Source: Octopus sinensis
Taxonomy: Eukaryota
Direction of reading: 5' to 3'
Length of the DNA stretch: 31,674 nucleotides
Assembly (NCBI RefSeq): GCF_006345805.1
Contig: NW_021833348.1
Location: forward strand, 1 to 31,674
Translations under genes and position numbers: made by a program
The notes under the pieces: generated by a model
Told to the model about the DNA's origin: nothing
The model's database searches: none
Seen by the model: the letters and a program-made list of their open reading frames with translations, nothing else
Shown: piece by piece, positions 9,965-21,111 of the stretch
Layout: every line of letters begins with the position of its first letter
Numbering within the stretch: the stretch's first letter is position 1

Positions 9965-11736
9965 AGTTTATGATACGCTTTAGTGTTCCCACTGATATTG
10001 ACGTAAGGGAAACGAACGAAGTTGACTCCCAACACATAATCTCAGACATAACCTTCACTGCCACTGACATCGTAGCAGCAATAAATGAGGTCAAACATTA
10101 CTCTGCTGTAGGCCCTGATAGATTTCCCGCTAGTCTCCTGAAGGAATGTAGATACCAACTTGCAGTCCCTCTGACCAACCTCTGGAGAAATTCGTTAGAC
10201 GCAGGTTATATACCGAAACAGTTTCTATCCCAGTCGGTCATCCCGGTTTTCAAACAGGGAAACAGATCCCTCGCAGTCAACTATCGCCCAATCTCACTCA
10301 CCTCCCACATCATTAAAGTGTTTGAAGAAAAAGTGTTAAGATCAAGGATAGCTGACTTCCTGGAGACCCACAAACTCCTAAATGCAAATCAGCATGGCTT
10401 TCGCTGTGGCAGGGACTGTCTAACACAGCTCTTACACCACATTGAAGATGAACTCAAAGCCTTGGGAACAGGTTCGAACTCTGACGTCATATATCTTGAC
10501 TTCAGTAAAGCGTTCGACAGGGTAGACCATAATATCCTACTCTCAAAATTGGCAAATGTTGGAATCCGTGGAAAAGTTCTACACTGGATTAAGTATTTCC
10601 TGGCGAATAGAACACAACATGTTGTAGTTGATGGAGTCCACTCAAACCCAGCAAAAGTCACCAGCGGTGTTCCCCAGGGAACTGTTTTGGGTCCGCTACT
10701 CTTCATAATTTACATAAACGACCTTTCCAGTGTCGTACATTACTGCAAAGTGAAAATATTTGCTGATGACACTAAGCTCCAGCAAATCGTCAATGAAGAA
10801 GCAGACCGAACTCAACTCCAGTCTGATCTATATGCTGTGAGTCAATGGGCAGACAGAAACAAATTGCAACTGAATGAGGGAAAATTTGAGCTGATGCATT
10901 TTGGAAGAAATTCCTCACTAAAACAACCATACTCTCTTCCTTCAGGGGAACCGCTCACAGCCTCTAACAGTATCAGAGACCTGGGTGTAATTGTTGATGA
11001 CGATCTCAGTTGGAGTGCACACATCAACAAAAAGGTCGATATAGCTCGTAGGATGAGTTCCTGGATCTTAAGAACTTTCCGGTCCAGAGAACAAGGTGTC
11101 ATCATACCACTTTTTTCCTCCTTTGTACGGCCACACCTTGAATACGGCTGCCCACTGTGGTCTCCTCACACAAGACAAAACATCTCCAGAATTGAGTCAC
11201 CCCAGAGGGCACTCACTAAACAAATTGAAGGCATGGCTGCTCTCGATTATTGGGATCGCCTTAAAGCCTTGAAACTTTACTCCCTCCAGCGTCGCCGTGA
11301 GCGGTACATCATTTGTACGATGTGGAAAATATACCGCCAACTTTGCCCAAACGACCTAAACATTAGCTTCAAGGTTCATCCAAGACTTGGACCACGGGCT
11401 ATACGTCCCCTGTCCAATTCAAGATCACAACATACATGTACACTGCAACATAATTTCTTTTCCTCAACAGGCCCTGCCCTATTTAACATTGTCCCGAGGG
11501 AGATCAAAGAGGAAAAGGATCCCATCAATTTTAAACAGAGTCTGGATAGATTCCTTCAAAGAATACCAGATAAGCCACCCATAATTGGATACAACTCACC
11601 CAACAAGAACTCACTACTTGAACAAAACTTGACTTAAACAGGATTCGAATAATCCTATCAGGTGGTGCTATTAAGTTAGACATGGCCTGGACCAATCTTT
11701 GGTCGAAACATATCTAAGTTTATCTAAGTCTAAGTA
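9965..11736 (+). mobile_element. Intronic LINE insertion, antisense to the host gene
   Basis: RT ORF, short 3' UTR with a GACC-aatcttt-GGTC hairpin and a (CTAAG)-repeat tail at about 11712-11736. 5' boundary approximate. Confidence 0.9.
9970..11637 (+). CDS. Reverse transcriptase of a 5'-truncated non-LTR retrotransposon (CR1/L2/Jockey group)
   Basis: Motifs YRPISLTS, QHGFR, DFSKAFDRV, GVPQGTVLGPLLF, FADD, RPHLEYG..WSP. No endonuclease domain present. Confidence 0.95.
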   Translation: MIRFSVPTDIDVRETNEVDSQHIISDITFTATDIVAAINEVKHYSAVGPDRFPASLLKECRYQLAVPLTNLWRNSLDAGYIPKQFLSQSVIPVFKQGNRSLAVNYRPISLTSHIIKVFEEKVLRSRIADFLETHKLLNANQHGFRCGRDCLTQLLHHIEDELKALGTGSNSDVIYLDFSKAFDRVDHNILLSKLANVGIRGKVLHWIKYFLANRTQHVVVDGVHSNPAKVTSGVPQGTVLGPLLFIIYINDLSSVVHYCKVKIFADDTKLQQIVNEEADRTQLQSDLYAVSQWADRNKLQLNEGKFELMHFGRNSSLKQPYSLPSGEPLTASNSIRDLGVIVDDDLSWSAHINKKVDIARRMSSWILRTFRSREQGVIIPLFSSFVRPHLEYGCPLWSPHTRQNISRIESPQRALTKQIEGMAALDYWDRLKALKLYSLQRRRERYIICTMWKIYRQLCPNDLNISFKVHPRLGPRAIRPLSNSRSQHTCTLQHNFFSSTGPALFNIVPREIKEEKDPINFKQSLDRFLQRIPDKPPIIGYNSPNKNSLLEQNLT

Positions 11737-12688
11737 AACTTTTTTTATTTAAGAAATATTATTGTACTCTATATAATTCTTGATTGTTAAATATAAATTT
11801 ATAATTTTTAATTTGTTAATGATAATTTAGATATGAACATTTATTTAATTAACTATGAGTTTCTTATTATATTTCTAGTCATTTTATGTATCTAGTACTA
11901 TTACATTTAATAATAGTAATAATAAGTATTTTATAACACCGGTTATACGTTTTTAATTTGGAATTTTTCAATTCTTAATTTGTATTTCATAAATGTTTCT
12001 AAATATAGCTATAATACTTATGTAAGTAATAATGGACTAATTTATTTATTGGTTATATGTTTGTCTTTATTTATATAAAAAATATAGATTTATAATTACT
12101 ATATTTGTTGATTATGATTTAGATACTTCTTTTTATGTGTTATTATTTTATAATTAATATATGCGAACTAAAATCTAAAAATATTAATAATGATTGTTTT
12201 GCTAAATAGTTTGGTTATTAAATATTAGAGTATAACTAGGTTAAAGATATTCTATAGTTTATTAATGTTTTTTTAAGCTAAATTATATCTTCACAGATAA
12301 ATACATTTTTCAATCTATTTACTCTATTTTTTTTTACCTTTAATATTTAACATAATACATGTATTGTAGGAAATTGATCCGAATGTTTTAAATTTCAATT
12401 TTAGTTAATGGGGTTTCTTCTATTAGAAAAATCATTATTATATTTATTTTTTTAAATGAATAATGTTTAACTCTATTTGCTTATTTATTTAACTATTATT
12501 GTTAACCTGAAGATTGACTATAATTTTAAATTGAATTAATTTCAATTAAATTTAAATTTAATTGTATTTCGAATTTAATTATATCCACGAAACGTACGTA
12601 GTTTTTTTACTTATTATATATTCATTATTCACTTTTATACTTTTTGTGATCTAGTTATATGTTTTATAAAAATATTTTTTATTTCTTA

Positions 12689-13035
12689 CTAGCAGAATTG
12701 CCCGGCGATGCTCGGGGCTGGATTGCTTGAAAGTACTGTTAATGATTGCACTGAGTTATGATGATTATTCAGGCAAATATTGATATAAGTTTACGGTGGG
12801 AGATAAGGACTTAACGATCAAACGTGTGCCATTGCATTGTTTTGGGGGAACCAAATTTCTAATGAGCATTATAGGGGCACCAACTTTAAGTTTGAGAATG
12901 TGTGGTGGTAGTCCGGGGGGCTCAAAGGAATTGAGTACCTCTATTGGATAGTTGATGACGTCCTCTGGGTCAGGAGTTGTATCGATAGACTTATATACAT
13001 AGACATCCCCAGGAATGTTCTTTAGCATTTCATCA
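12689..13035 (-). mobile_element. Helitron fragment: PIF1-type helicase piece plus 3' terminus
   Basis: ORF 12765-13028 contains PPHILKLKVGAPIMLIRNL..CNGTRL. The 3' end has a CCCG..CGGG hairpin followed by CTAG then T. Confidence 0.88.
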
Positions 13036-13145
13036 TTTGGTCAGTTCAAATGCTAAAGGGTTCTGCTTATTCCATAATCCACTGTCCCAGCTTTAATGAC
13101 ATAATGATTATAGAACAATGTTTAAAAGAAAACGAAGTAGCTTAC

Positions 13146-13380
13146 CTACTGGGTTCATGTAGATGTCATAGGAAGGATTGTCACAAGCTGAGGAATTGAG
13201 ATCAAATCGAGTTTTGGAAAGGACAGTAAGGGCAAGTTTATTAAGTTCTGATTCTCCTGCAAGATATAATTCCCCCGGCTGATAGTCAGTTGCCGAAGTC
13301 TTGTAGTCGTAGTCGGCTTCATTGGGATAACTGTTGTGAAATGAAGCATACACAGTGACCACACCACACTGGACCTTCAC
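13146..13380 (-). CDS. VWA gene module 1 exon B1 VKVQCGVVTVYASFHNSYPNEADYDY...IYMNPV
   Basis: Acceptor ttttctacag, donor gtaagc, 235 nt, phase 0-1. Confidence 0.9.
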
Positions 13381-13547
13381 CTGTAGAAAATAACAACAGA
13401 TATAATATACAGAGTGACCACATCAAACTGGACACTAACCTGGAGATAGCAAAAATGGTATAACATGTACGGTGCCCCTGATTTCATCTGAATAATTCCT
13501 TTAGAAATGGTGTCCAAACCTTGTTCCATAAACCCACTGTCTCTTCC

Positions 13548-13958
13548 TCTTTTACTCTTTTACTCTTTTACTTGTTTCAGTCATTTGACTGTGGCCATGC
13601 TGGGGCACCGCCTTTAGTCGAGCAAATCGACCCGAGGACTTATTCTTTGCAAGCCTTGTACTTATTCTATTGGCGTCTTTTGCCGCTAAGTGACGGAGAC
13701 ATAAACACACCAGCATCGGTTGTCAAGCAATGCTAGGGGGACAAACACAGACACACAAACATACACACACACATATATATATATACATATATACGACGGG
13801 CTTCTTTCAGTTTCCGTCTACCATATCCACTCACAAGGCTTTCGTTGGCCTGAGGCTATAGTAGAAGACACTTGCCCAAGGTGCCACGCAGTGGGACTGA
13901 ACCAGAAACCATGTGGTTGCTAAGCAAGCTACTTACCACATAGCCACTCCTGCGCCTC
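13548..13958 (-). mobile_element. SINE family B, inserted after the module duplication
   Basis: Full reverse-complement copy; absent from the paralogous intron at about 9090. Confidence 0.9.
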
Positions 13959-14232
13959 CTGTTATTTATTCTAGCGTTACTACAACAATGTCTTCTCAGA
14001 ACTAGCTATACCCAATCCTTTCTCCCCACCAATGTTAATCCTCTCTTCAGAATTCCCTCCATTGACCACATTTATCTTGCAGCTATAAATGTCCCAAAAT
14101 AAAAAATTAGAATGTGATCAACCAGTCCTGGAAGGACCGAGAGGTTTATGGGCACTGTCCCTTCTTTCCCAATCCTCCATAAAAATAGAAAACTACAATT
14201 CAGTTGATGTAGTTCTAGAATATTCGTCTTAC

Positions 14233-14357
14233 CACAACTATTGTATCCAAGGCGGACTTTGTCGTGTTGGTGATCTGCAGGACTTGTTGTTTTGTCTCGT
14301 TAGTTTTAGGAATGGCGTTATTACGTAACTGAGTGTGTTCTTCAACAACGGTCGGAG
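14233..14357 (-). CDS. VWA gene module 1 exon A1 (A)PTVVEEHTQLRNNAIPKTNETKQQVLQITNTTKSALDTIVV
   Basis: Acceptor ccttctgtttccag, donor gtaaga, 125 nt, phase 1-0, joining in frame to the VWA exon. Confidence 0.88.
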
Positions 14358-14632
14358 CTGGAAACAGAAGGTGACGTTTAAGGAGGCACAACATAGCAGT
14401 TAAACTAAATATAATATAGATATATGTGCCCCATAGAGGAAATGGCGAAGAAGCGGGATACCTGGGGATACAAGTTTATAAAAACCTGCTCATCATGATA
14501 GAACTGACTTTTAGAAGCCCCACGAGGGGACGTATTGCATGTATATACATACTTAGGGACGTAACTTTACAGCTTTACAGATATATATATATATATATAT
14601 ACATATATATGTGTGTGTGTGTGTTGTGTGTG

Positions 14633-14882
14633 AGGCGCAATGGCCTAGTGGTTAGGGCAGCGGACTCGCGGTCGCAGGATCGCGGTTACGATTCCCAGAC
14701 CGGGCATTGTGAGTGTTTATTGAGCGAAAACACCTAAAAGCTCCACAAGGCTCCGGCAGGGGGTGGTGATCCCTGCTGTACTCTTTCACCACTCTTTCTT
14801 CTGTTGGCCTGCTCGCTTAGCCAGCGGGGTGGCGTCATTCGAAGGCTAAAACAATGCGAACGCATTGTGACCAGCGATGTGT
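14633..14882 (+). mobile_element. tRNA-derived SINE, family C
   Basis: TGGCCTAGTGG A box, degenerate B box (GTTACGATTCCC); second copy at 23754. Confidence 0.85.
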
Positions 14883-15287
14883 AAAAAAGAAGAAAAAAAA
14901 AGAAAAGAAAAAAAATATGTATGTATGTATGTATGTATGTATAAATTAAATTAGAGATAAAACTACTATTAGGCAAATCAAACAGTGAAACCATAAACCA
15001 AAACAAAAATAAAAATAATTAATACAATATACAAAATAAATAAAATAAAAATTTAAAATTTAAATTATTTAAATTTCAAGTTAAAATATGAAATTATTAA
15101 TATATTTTTATAAATTTTTATATATATATATTTTTTATTTATTTATTTATTTGTTAAATAATTTTTTTTATTAAATATATATAACTATCAAAAAGTATTA
15201 AAAAGTTTAATATAAGATAAAAAGTATACATATATATATGTATACACACACACACATGCACACACATATATACTGTATATATATATG

Positions 15288-15378
<91 letters not shown>

Positions 15379-15419
15379 GAATAGACAGATAGAAAGACAG
15401 ACAGACAGATAGATAGATA

Positions 15420-15476
<57 letters not shown>

Positions 15477-15484
15477 CAGATAGG

Positions 15485-15543
<59 letters not shown>

Positions 15544-15560
15544 TTAGATAGATAGACAGA
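15288..15560 (+). repeat. (GATA)n/(GACA)n microsatellite
   Basis: Direct reading. Confidence 0.97.
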
Positions 15561-15804
15561 TATAACTTACTTGGAGATGGATGCGTGGCGTTAGATCATA
15601 TAATAACATAAATAATATATAAACATACGTATATATACATACATATATGTACATACCTACATCTATATGCATATATACATGCATATTTAGCTACAGGACA
15701 CTAGAAAACGTTGAACACAATGAGAAACGAAGACATTTTTTTCAAACAACGAAAAACGGAGTACAAGACAATACAGCCCAAGGAATATTCCCCTTCTTCA
15801 GTGT

Positions 15805-15836
<32 letters not shown>

Positions 15837-16031
15837 AGTAGTTGAATGAATTATCTTATTAAGGATAATTCGAAATTAACCAATACCTGGGTAGCAAATT
15901 CACATCACAAAAAACACGGTTGAAGTTACGTGCCTAGGGCATAGATTACGTGCTTTCGTGTGGAAATTTGTATGTTTATTTTTAAAATATAAATATATGA
16001 AAGAATGGAGCTGAACGACGAATTAACAAAA

Positions 16032-16130
16032 TTCCTTTATTTTCGACATATGTTTCGAAGGCTGCATATTCCTAATTGTGAAGGAATAAGGAGTACATTA
16101 TGCCGCTTTCTCATCAGGAAAAGCAAGGAA
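16032..16130 (-). ncRNA. Type I hammerhead ribozyme (inverted copy, sense to host pre-mRNA)
   Basis: Reverse complement of 16310-16408 with one substitution; GUC at 16047-16045. Confidence 0.72.
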
Positions 16131-16309
16131 CTTATGTCAGCATCAAATGCACAAAAAACTTTTGATTGCTCACACGGAGCCCATAGCGATAATGAGTGTC
16201 TCTTTAAAATATTCCTTTATAAATATAAAAATATAACATTCCTTTTATAAAAATATAAAATTCCATTATAAATATAAAAATATTCCTATATATTTGATGC
16301 TGATATAAG

Positions 16310-16408
16310 TTCCTTGCTTTTCCTGATGAGAAAGCGGCATAATGTACTCCATATTCCTTCACAATTAGGAATATGCAGCCTTCGAAACATATGTCGAAAA
16401 TAAAGGAA
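16310..16408 (+). ncRNA. Type I hammerhead ribozyme
   Basis: TTCCTTgcTTTTC-CTGATGA(16323)-GAA..catattcct/aggaatatg hairpin..TTC-GAAAC(16384)-ATAT-GTC^GAAAAtaAAGGAA. Stem I is 5+6 bp. Confidence 0.75.
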
Positions 16409-16509
16409 TTTTGTTAATCGTCGTTCAGCTCCATTCTTTCATATATTTATTATATATATATATATATATGTGTGTGTGTATATGTATATATGTATATATA
16501 TATGTATAT

Positions 16510-16580
<71 letters not shown>

Positions 16581-16892
16581 ATATATATATGTATACATAT
16601 ACATACATATATATATATGTATGTATATGTATATATGTATATGTATAATAAATATATAATTATAAATATTTATATATAAACATACATTAATATATATGTA
16701 TATGTATATATAGTATGTATATATATATATATACAATATATATACATATATATATATAACACTATATATACATATATAGCACTATATATAACGCTATATA
16801 TATATATGCATATATATATATAGCACTATATATATATACATATATATATGTATATATATATATATATATAATAAATATATATATATATCTTT

Positions 16893-17110
16893 ATTGCCCA
16901 CGGTAGGGTTAAACATAGAGAGGGAAATCAAGAACAGACAAAGGGATTAATTCGATTACATAGAACCCAGTGCGTAACTGGTACTTAATTTATCGACCCC
17001 GAAAGGATGAAAGGCAAAGTCAACATCGGCGGAATTTGAGCTCAGAACATAGTTGCAGATGCTGCTAAGCATCTCACCCGGCCTGCTAACGATTCTGCCA
17101 GCTCGCCGCT
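16893..17110 (-). mobile_element. tRNA-derived SINE, family D monomer (Meta-domain-like centre)
   Basis: Head GGCGAGCTGGCAGAATCGTTAGC, B box GAGCTCAAATTCC, centre GCCTTTCATCCTTTCGGGGTCGATAAA. Confidence 0.85.
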
Positions 17111-17154
17111 TACCACCACCACTGATAATGACAATTATTAGACGGCAGACTTAC

Positions 17155-17712
17155 CTTTACAGGAATCAGATTCAATTTCCCTCACAATAAAATCAATCTC
17201 ATTATAATCTTTCAAGTCGATGTAATGTGTACAACTGGGTTCACTTGCTGCTGCAGTTAACTCAGACACTCTTGGATTGACAACTCCAATTGTAAATATA
17301 GTGACGCCAGCATCTTTCAGTTTCTGAGCTGCCGCTACTGTTTTCATTTCATTATCTGACTGTCCATCTGTGACCAAAACTAAAACTTTTGCAGCAGCAG
17401 ATTTTCTTTTATTTGTAAAGACACTGGTACGTACTTCGTCAAGAGCCAAGCCCGTAGCAGTACCGCCACCATCATAATCTATAGCGTCAATAGCCTTTCT
17501 TACTGCAGAGTTCGTAGTGTGGGCGCTTAAGGAAAATGATACGTGAGGATTGGTTGAAAATCTAATCACTGCAACACGTGTCTTATCTGGACCAATGTCT
17601 AGATTACGCACAATATTTTCTAAGAAGATTTTTGTCTTATTAAAGTTATGCTCACTAACACTTCCGGATGAATCAATAACGAAAACAAGGTCGATCTGGG
17701 CACTGGCGCAAT
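17155..17712 (-). CDS. von Willebrand factor A domain exon (D)CASAQIDLVFVIDSSGSV...GGGTATG...LVTDGQSD...SDSCK
   Basis: Acceptor atttttccag, donor gtaagt, 558 nt, phase 1-1. MIDAS DxSxS (DSSGS), Thr and Asp all present. The exon extends 101 nt upstream of the ORF-track start. Confidence 0.95.
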
Positions 17713-17899
17713 CTGGAAAAATATTTAAAGCAAACTTATGTTTATAAGTCTGTAAATATATAATTCTTATTAAATTTATGCATTTGATTGTTTTTAAATT
17801 ACAGCTGCAAGAATAAAAATAGGATGGATAAAGTTCAGAGAGGCATTACACTTACGGGCAACAAAAGATCTCTCTGCATAAAAATGCAGATTGTAATAT

Positions 17900-18410
17900 T
17901 TTTGTGAATGAAGAACAATGAGCCATGAATGAAAAGGACATCCGAAGACTAGAGAGGAATGAAGTTAATATGCTCTGTTGGATGTTCAACATCAGTATGC
18001 ATGTATGATAAAGTGCTTGTGTATTGAGAAAAAATTAGGCATAAGAGGGAGTGTGGAAAAGAGACGACTGTGTTGGTTTGGGCATGTGATGTGTATGGAT
18101 GAAGACAGTTGCATAAAGAAATGGCTGTCACTGAAAATGGATGGAACTTGTGGAAGAAGAGACATGGGAAAGAGGGGACTTTTTTAGTTTGGACATGTGA
18201 TGTATATGGATGAATACAGTTGTATAAAGAAGAGGCTGTCGTCTAAAATGGATGGAACTTGCGGAAGGAGAAGAGATATGAGATGTGGAAAAGAGGGGAG
18301 TGTGTTATGTTTGGTTATGTGATGTCTATGGATGGATGTAGTTGTATAAAGAAGCGGATGTCGCTCAAAATGGACGGAACTTATGAAAGAAGAGCCATGA
18401 GATGAAGTAG
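17900..18410 (+). mobile_element. Decayed RTE-type LINE C-terminal fragment with a triplicated segment of about 117 bp
   Basis: RRLCWFGHVMCMDEDSCIKK...GTCGR motif repeated at about 18070, 18186 and 18308. Confidence 0.7.
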
Positions 18411-18783
18411 TGATGGCTGATCTCAATATGTGGGGTCTTATGGAAGAGATGACAAATGACAATTGGTGATTTACTCTACTTCAAATGGTCTGTCTATATG
18501 AGGTCCTAAAAAGATTTTCTCTCTGCTTGTACTTGCTGGATAATTTCTTTTCATTAATATAAGAAATAGTTTGAGATAAATTCCTAGAGACCGAAAAAGG
18601 AAACAATTTGTGGAATAAGTATTGGTTCTGTCCCTTTCGTTTTCATTTTTTCATTTTATTTTTTCATATATTATTTTTTTGTTTTTTTTTCTGTGTATCT
18701 TTCTGACGAAGAGCGTAGGCTCTAAACGTAAAAGACTTGTTCTATTTCTATTCCTGAGCGCCATACTAATACATTTGTTTATT

Positions 18784-19147
<364 letters not shown>

Positions 19148-19150
19148 TTA

Positions 19151-19266
<116 letters not shown>

Positions 19267-19519
19267 CCTTTAATTGGACTGCACCGGCGGACTTGGATGC
19301 TTAACATCCCATACGCTGTGGCACAGTTTCCATCTCGGAAATTCCATTTCCAGGGTCAACTCGAAGCTATTCTCAAAGACATTTACTTGCCCAAAATACC
19401 ACATTGCGTGATCAGACTCGGAATAAATTTGCTATTTGTACCTCAATGCCTGTTCACTCTCTCCAGGTTTTCACATGACAAATATCTAACGTAGAATTCT
19501 AAACAATATCTCTACTTAC

Positions 19520-19808
19520 CATTCCTCTGTTCTAATTGATTTGCTAAGCGTATGAAGAAAATCTTCCGGCCATGTGGCATGATATGCTGCTTCCAGTAAG
19601 CTGCTTGCAGTTCTTTGCTGACCGGGATTGACGTATTTAGGTTTAAGATAAACAAGCTCATTACCAATCCAGAATATAAGGGTTTTTCTAGGTCGTACAT
19701 TGTTGCGGTCGACACATCAACACCGTAGAAAGTTTGGACTCTACTACAATTTACTTTCAGTGTGTTCTTGCAAGCATTTTTGACGGTTGCCAATTGGTTG
19801 TTGGTTAC
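19520..19808 (-). CDS. VWA gene upstream exon of unknown domain VTNNQLATVKNACKNTLKVNCSRV...RLANQLEQRN
   Basis: Acceptor gtttttatttttgcag, donor gtaagt, 289 nt, phase 0-1. Only one frame is open, and it joins in frame to the VWA exon. Confidence 0.72.
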
Positions 19809-19929
19809 CTGCAAAAATAAAAACAAAAGCATTTATGTCCTGAGCTGCTAGAAAGAGCAAATAAATCTACCTCAAATTACATCTTGCTGTTATAAAAACG
19901 GGCATGTATATATACATATATATATATAC

Positions 19930-19974
<45 letters not shown>

Positions 19975-19985
19975 ATATATATATA

Positions 19986-20058
<73 letters not shown>

Positions 20059-20319
20059 TATGTTTCACAATTGAAGCACGCCTGTCACATCCTGGGACCC
20101 TGAAGACTGCTTTAATGCAAGAAAGTATACTAGTCCCTTAATATTTTATATTCAATAAGACAATCAATACTTCATTTCGTTTTACTATATATACATTATT
20201 TATACTATATATTCTATATTCTACATTAATATTAAAAGAATATAAATAAAACATAAAAAGCAGAGTTGGAATTTCTTTGAATATATATATCCCTCTATAC
20301 ACAATCATAGAAACTCCTT

Positions 20320-20432
<113 letters not shown>

Positions 20433-21111
20433 CTTCTTTCATACAGTAACGTGTACTTTATAATATATATATATAAACAATGGTTGCAGAACAAACAAAT
20501 ACAGGGTCATCCACGTAACATTTCATATCTCGAACATTTAATCACATAATACTTTTTCTTTCACATAGAATATACATGCATAAAATCACGGAAGATGAAA
20601 CACAACCCATCAATACAAGCATATAAGAAAAATATAAGAAAAATGTGTAAATACAGTCCATCGCGGTTAAAAATTAATGATTAATACTTTAGCGACTAAA
20701 AAAAAAATATATTTTAACATTATAACATCTAGAATAATAAATATATAAAAATATAAAGAAATATATAAATATATAAATATATAAAAAGATATAAAAATAC
20801 ATATATATAGGAAACATATAAATAAATAATATATAAGGTAAGATAAAAGTTCATCGTTTAGAAATGTTTTCGATTAAAAATTACTTTTCAAGATAAGGAA
20901 AGACCTATTGTTAAAAGCCAGTGTCCAAGCACAAAAAGAGAAGAAACCATATTTAGATTCCCTATGGCCATTTCAGAGGTTCATCAGCGTTTTTAATGCA
21001 CGATGGTGTATCACGATAATTACTCCTTCGTCAAGGAAAAATAATACTCCTGCGTGCAAGCGATGGCCTTCTCAGGCTCTCCGATGTTTTAAATTATAAC
21101 CAGAATTTAAT

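Larger units (their letters stand above)
15989..16450. repeat. Long inverted repeat (15989-16148 / 16292-16450), Penelope pseudo-LTR-like
   Basis: About 160-bp arms with roughly 3 differences and a 143-bp spacer; each arm contains a hammerhead motif. Confidence 0.92.

Noticed and set aside
11680-11716. GACC/GGTC hairpin followed by GAAACATAT at the LINE 3' end, resembling a hammerhead
   Set aside because: Lacks CUGANGA and a pairing NUH triplet; better explained as the LINE 3' recognition stem-loop.
15740-15805. Minus-strand CTGAAGA with a GGGG..CCTT stem
   Set aside because: The GAAA core is absent after stem II.
19700-19730. YGVDVS motif suggesting GH25 lysozyme
   Set aside because: The downstream sequence does not follow a GH25 pattern and the other frames are closed.
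20950-20995. Minus-strand CTGATGA-acctct-GAAA-TGGCCA-TA
   Set aside because: Stem I cannot form and stem II is essentially absent.
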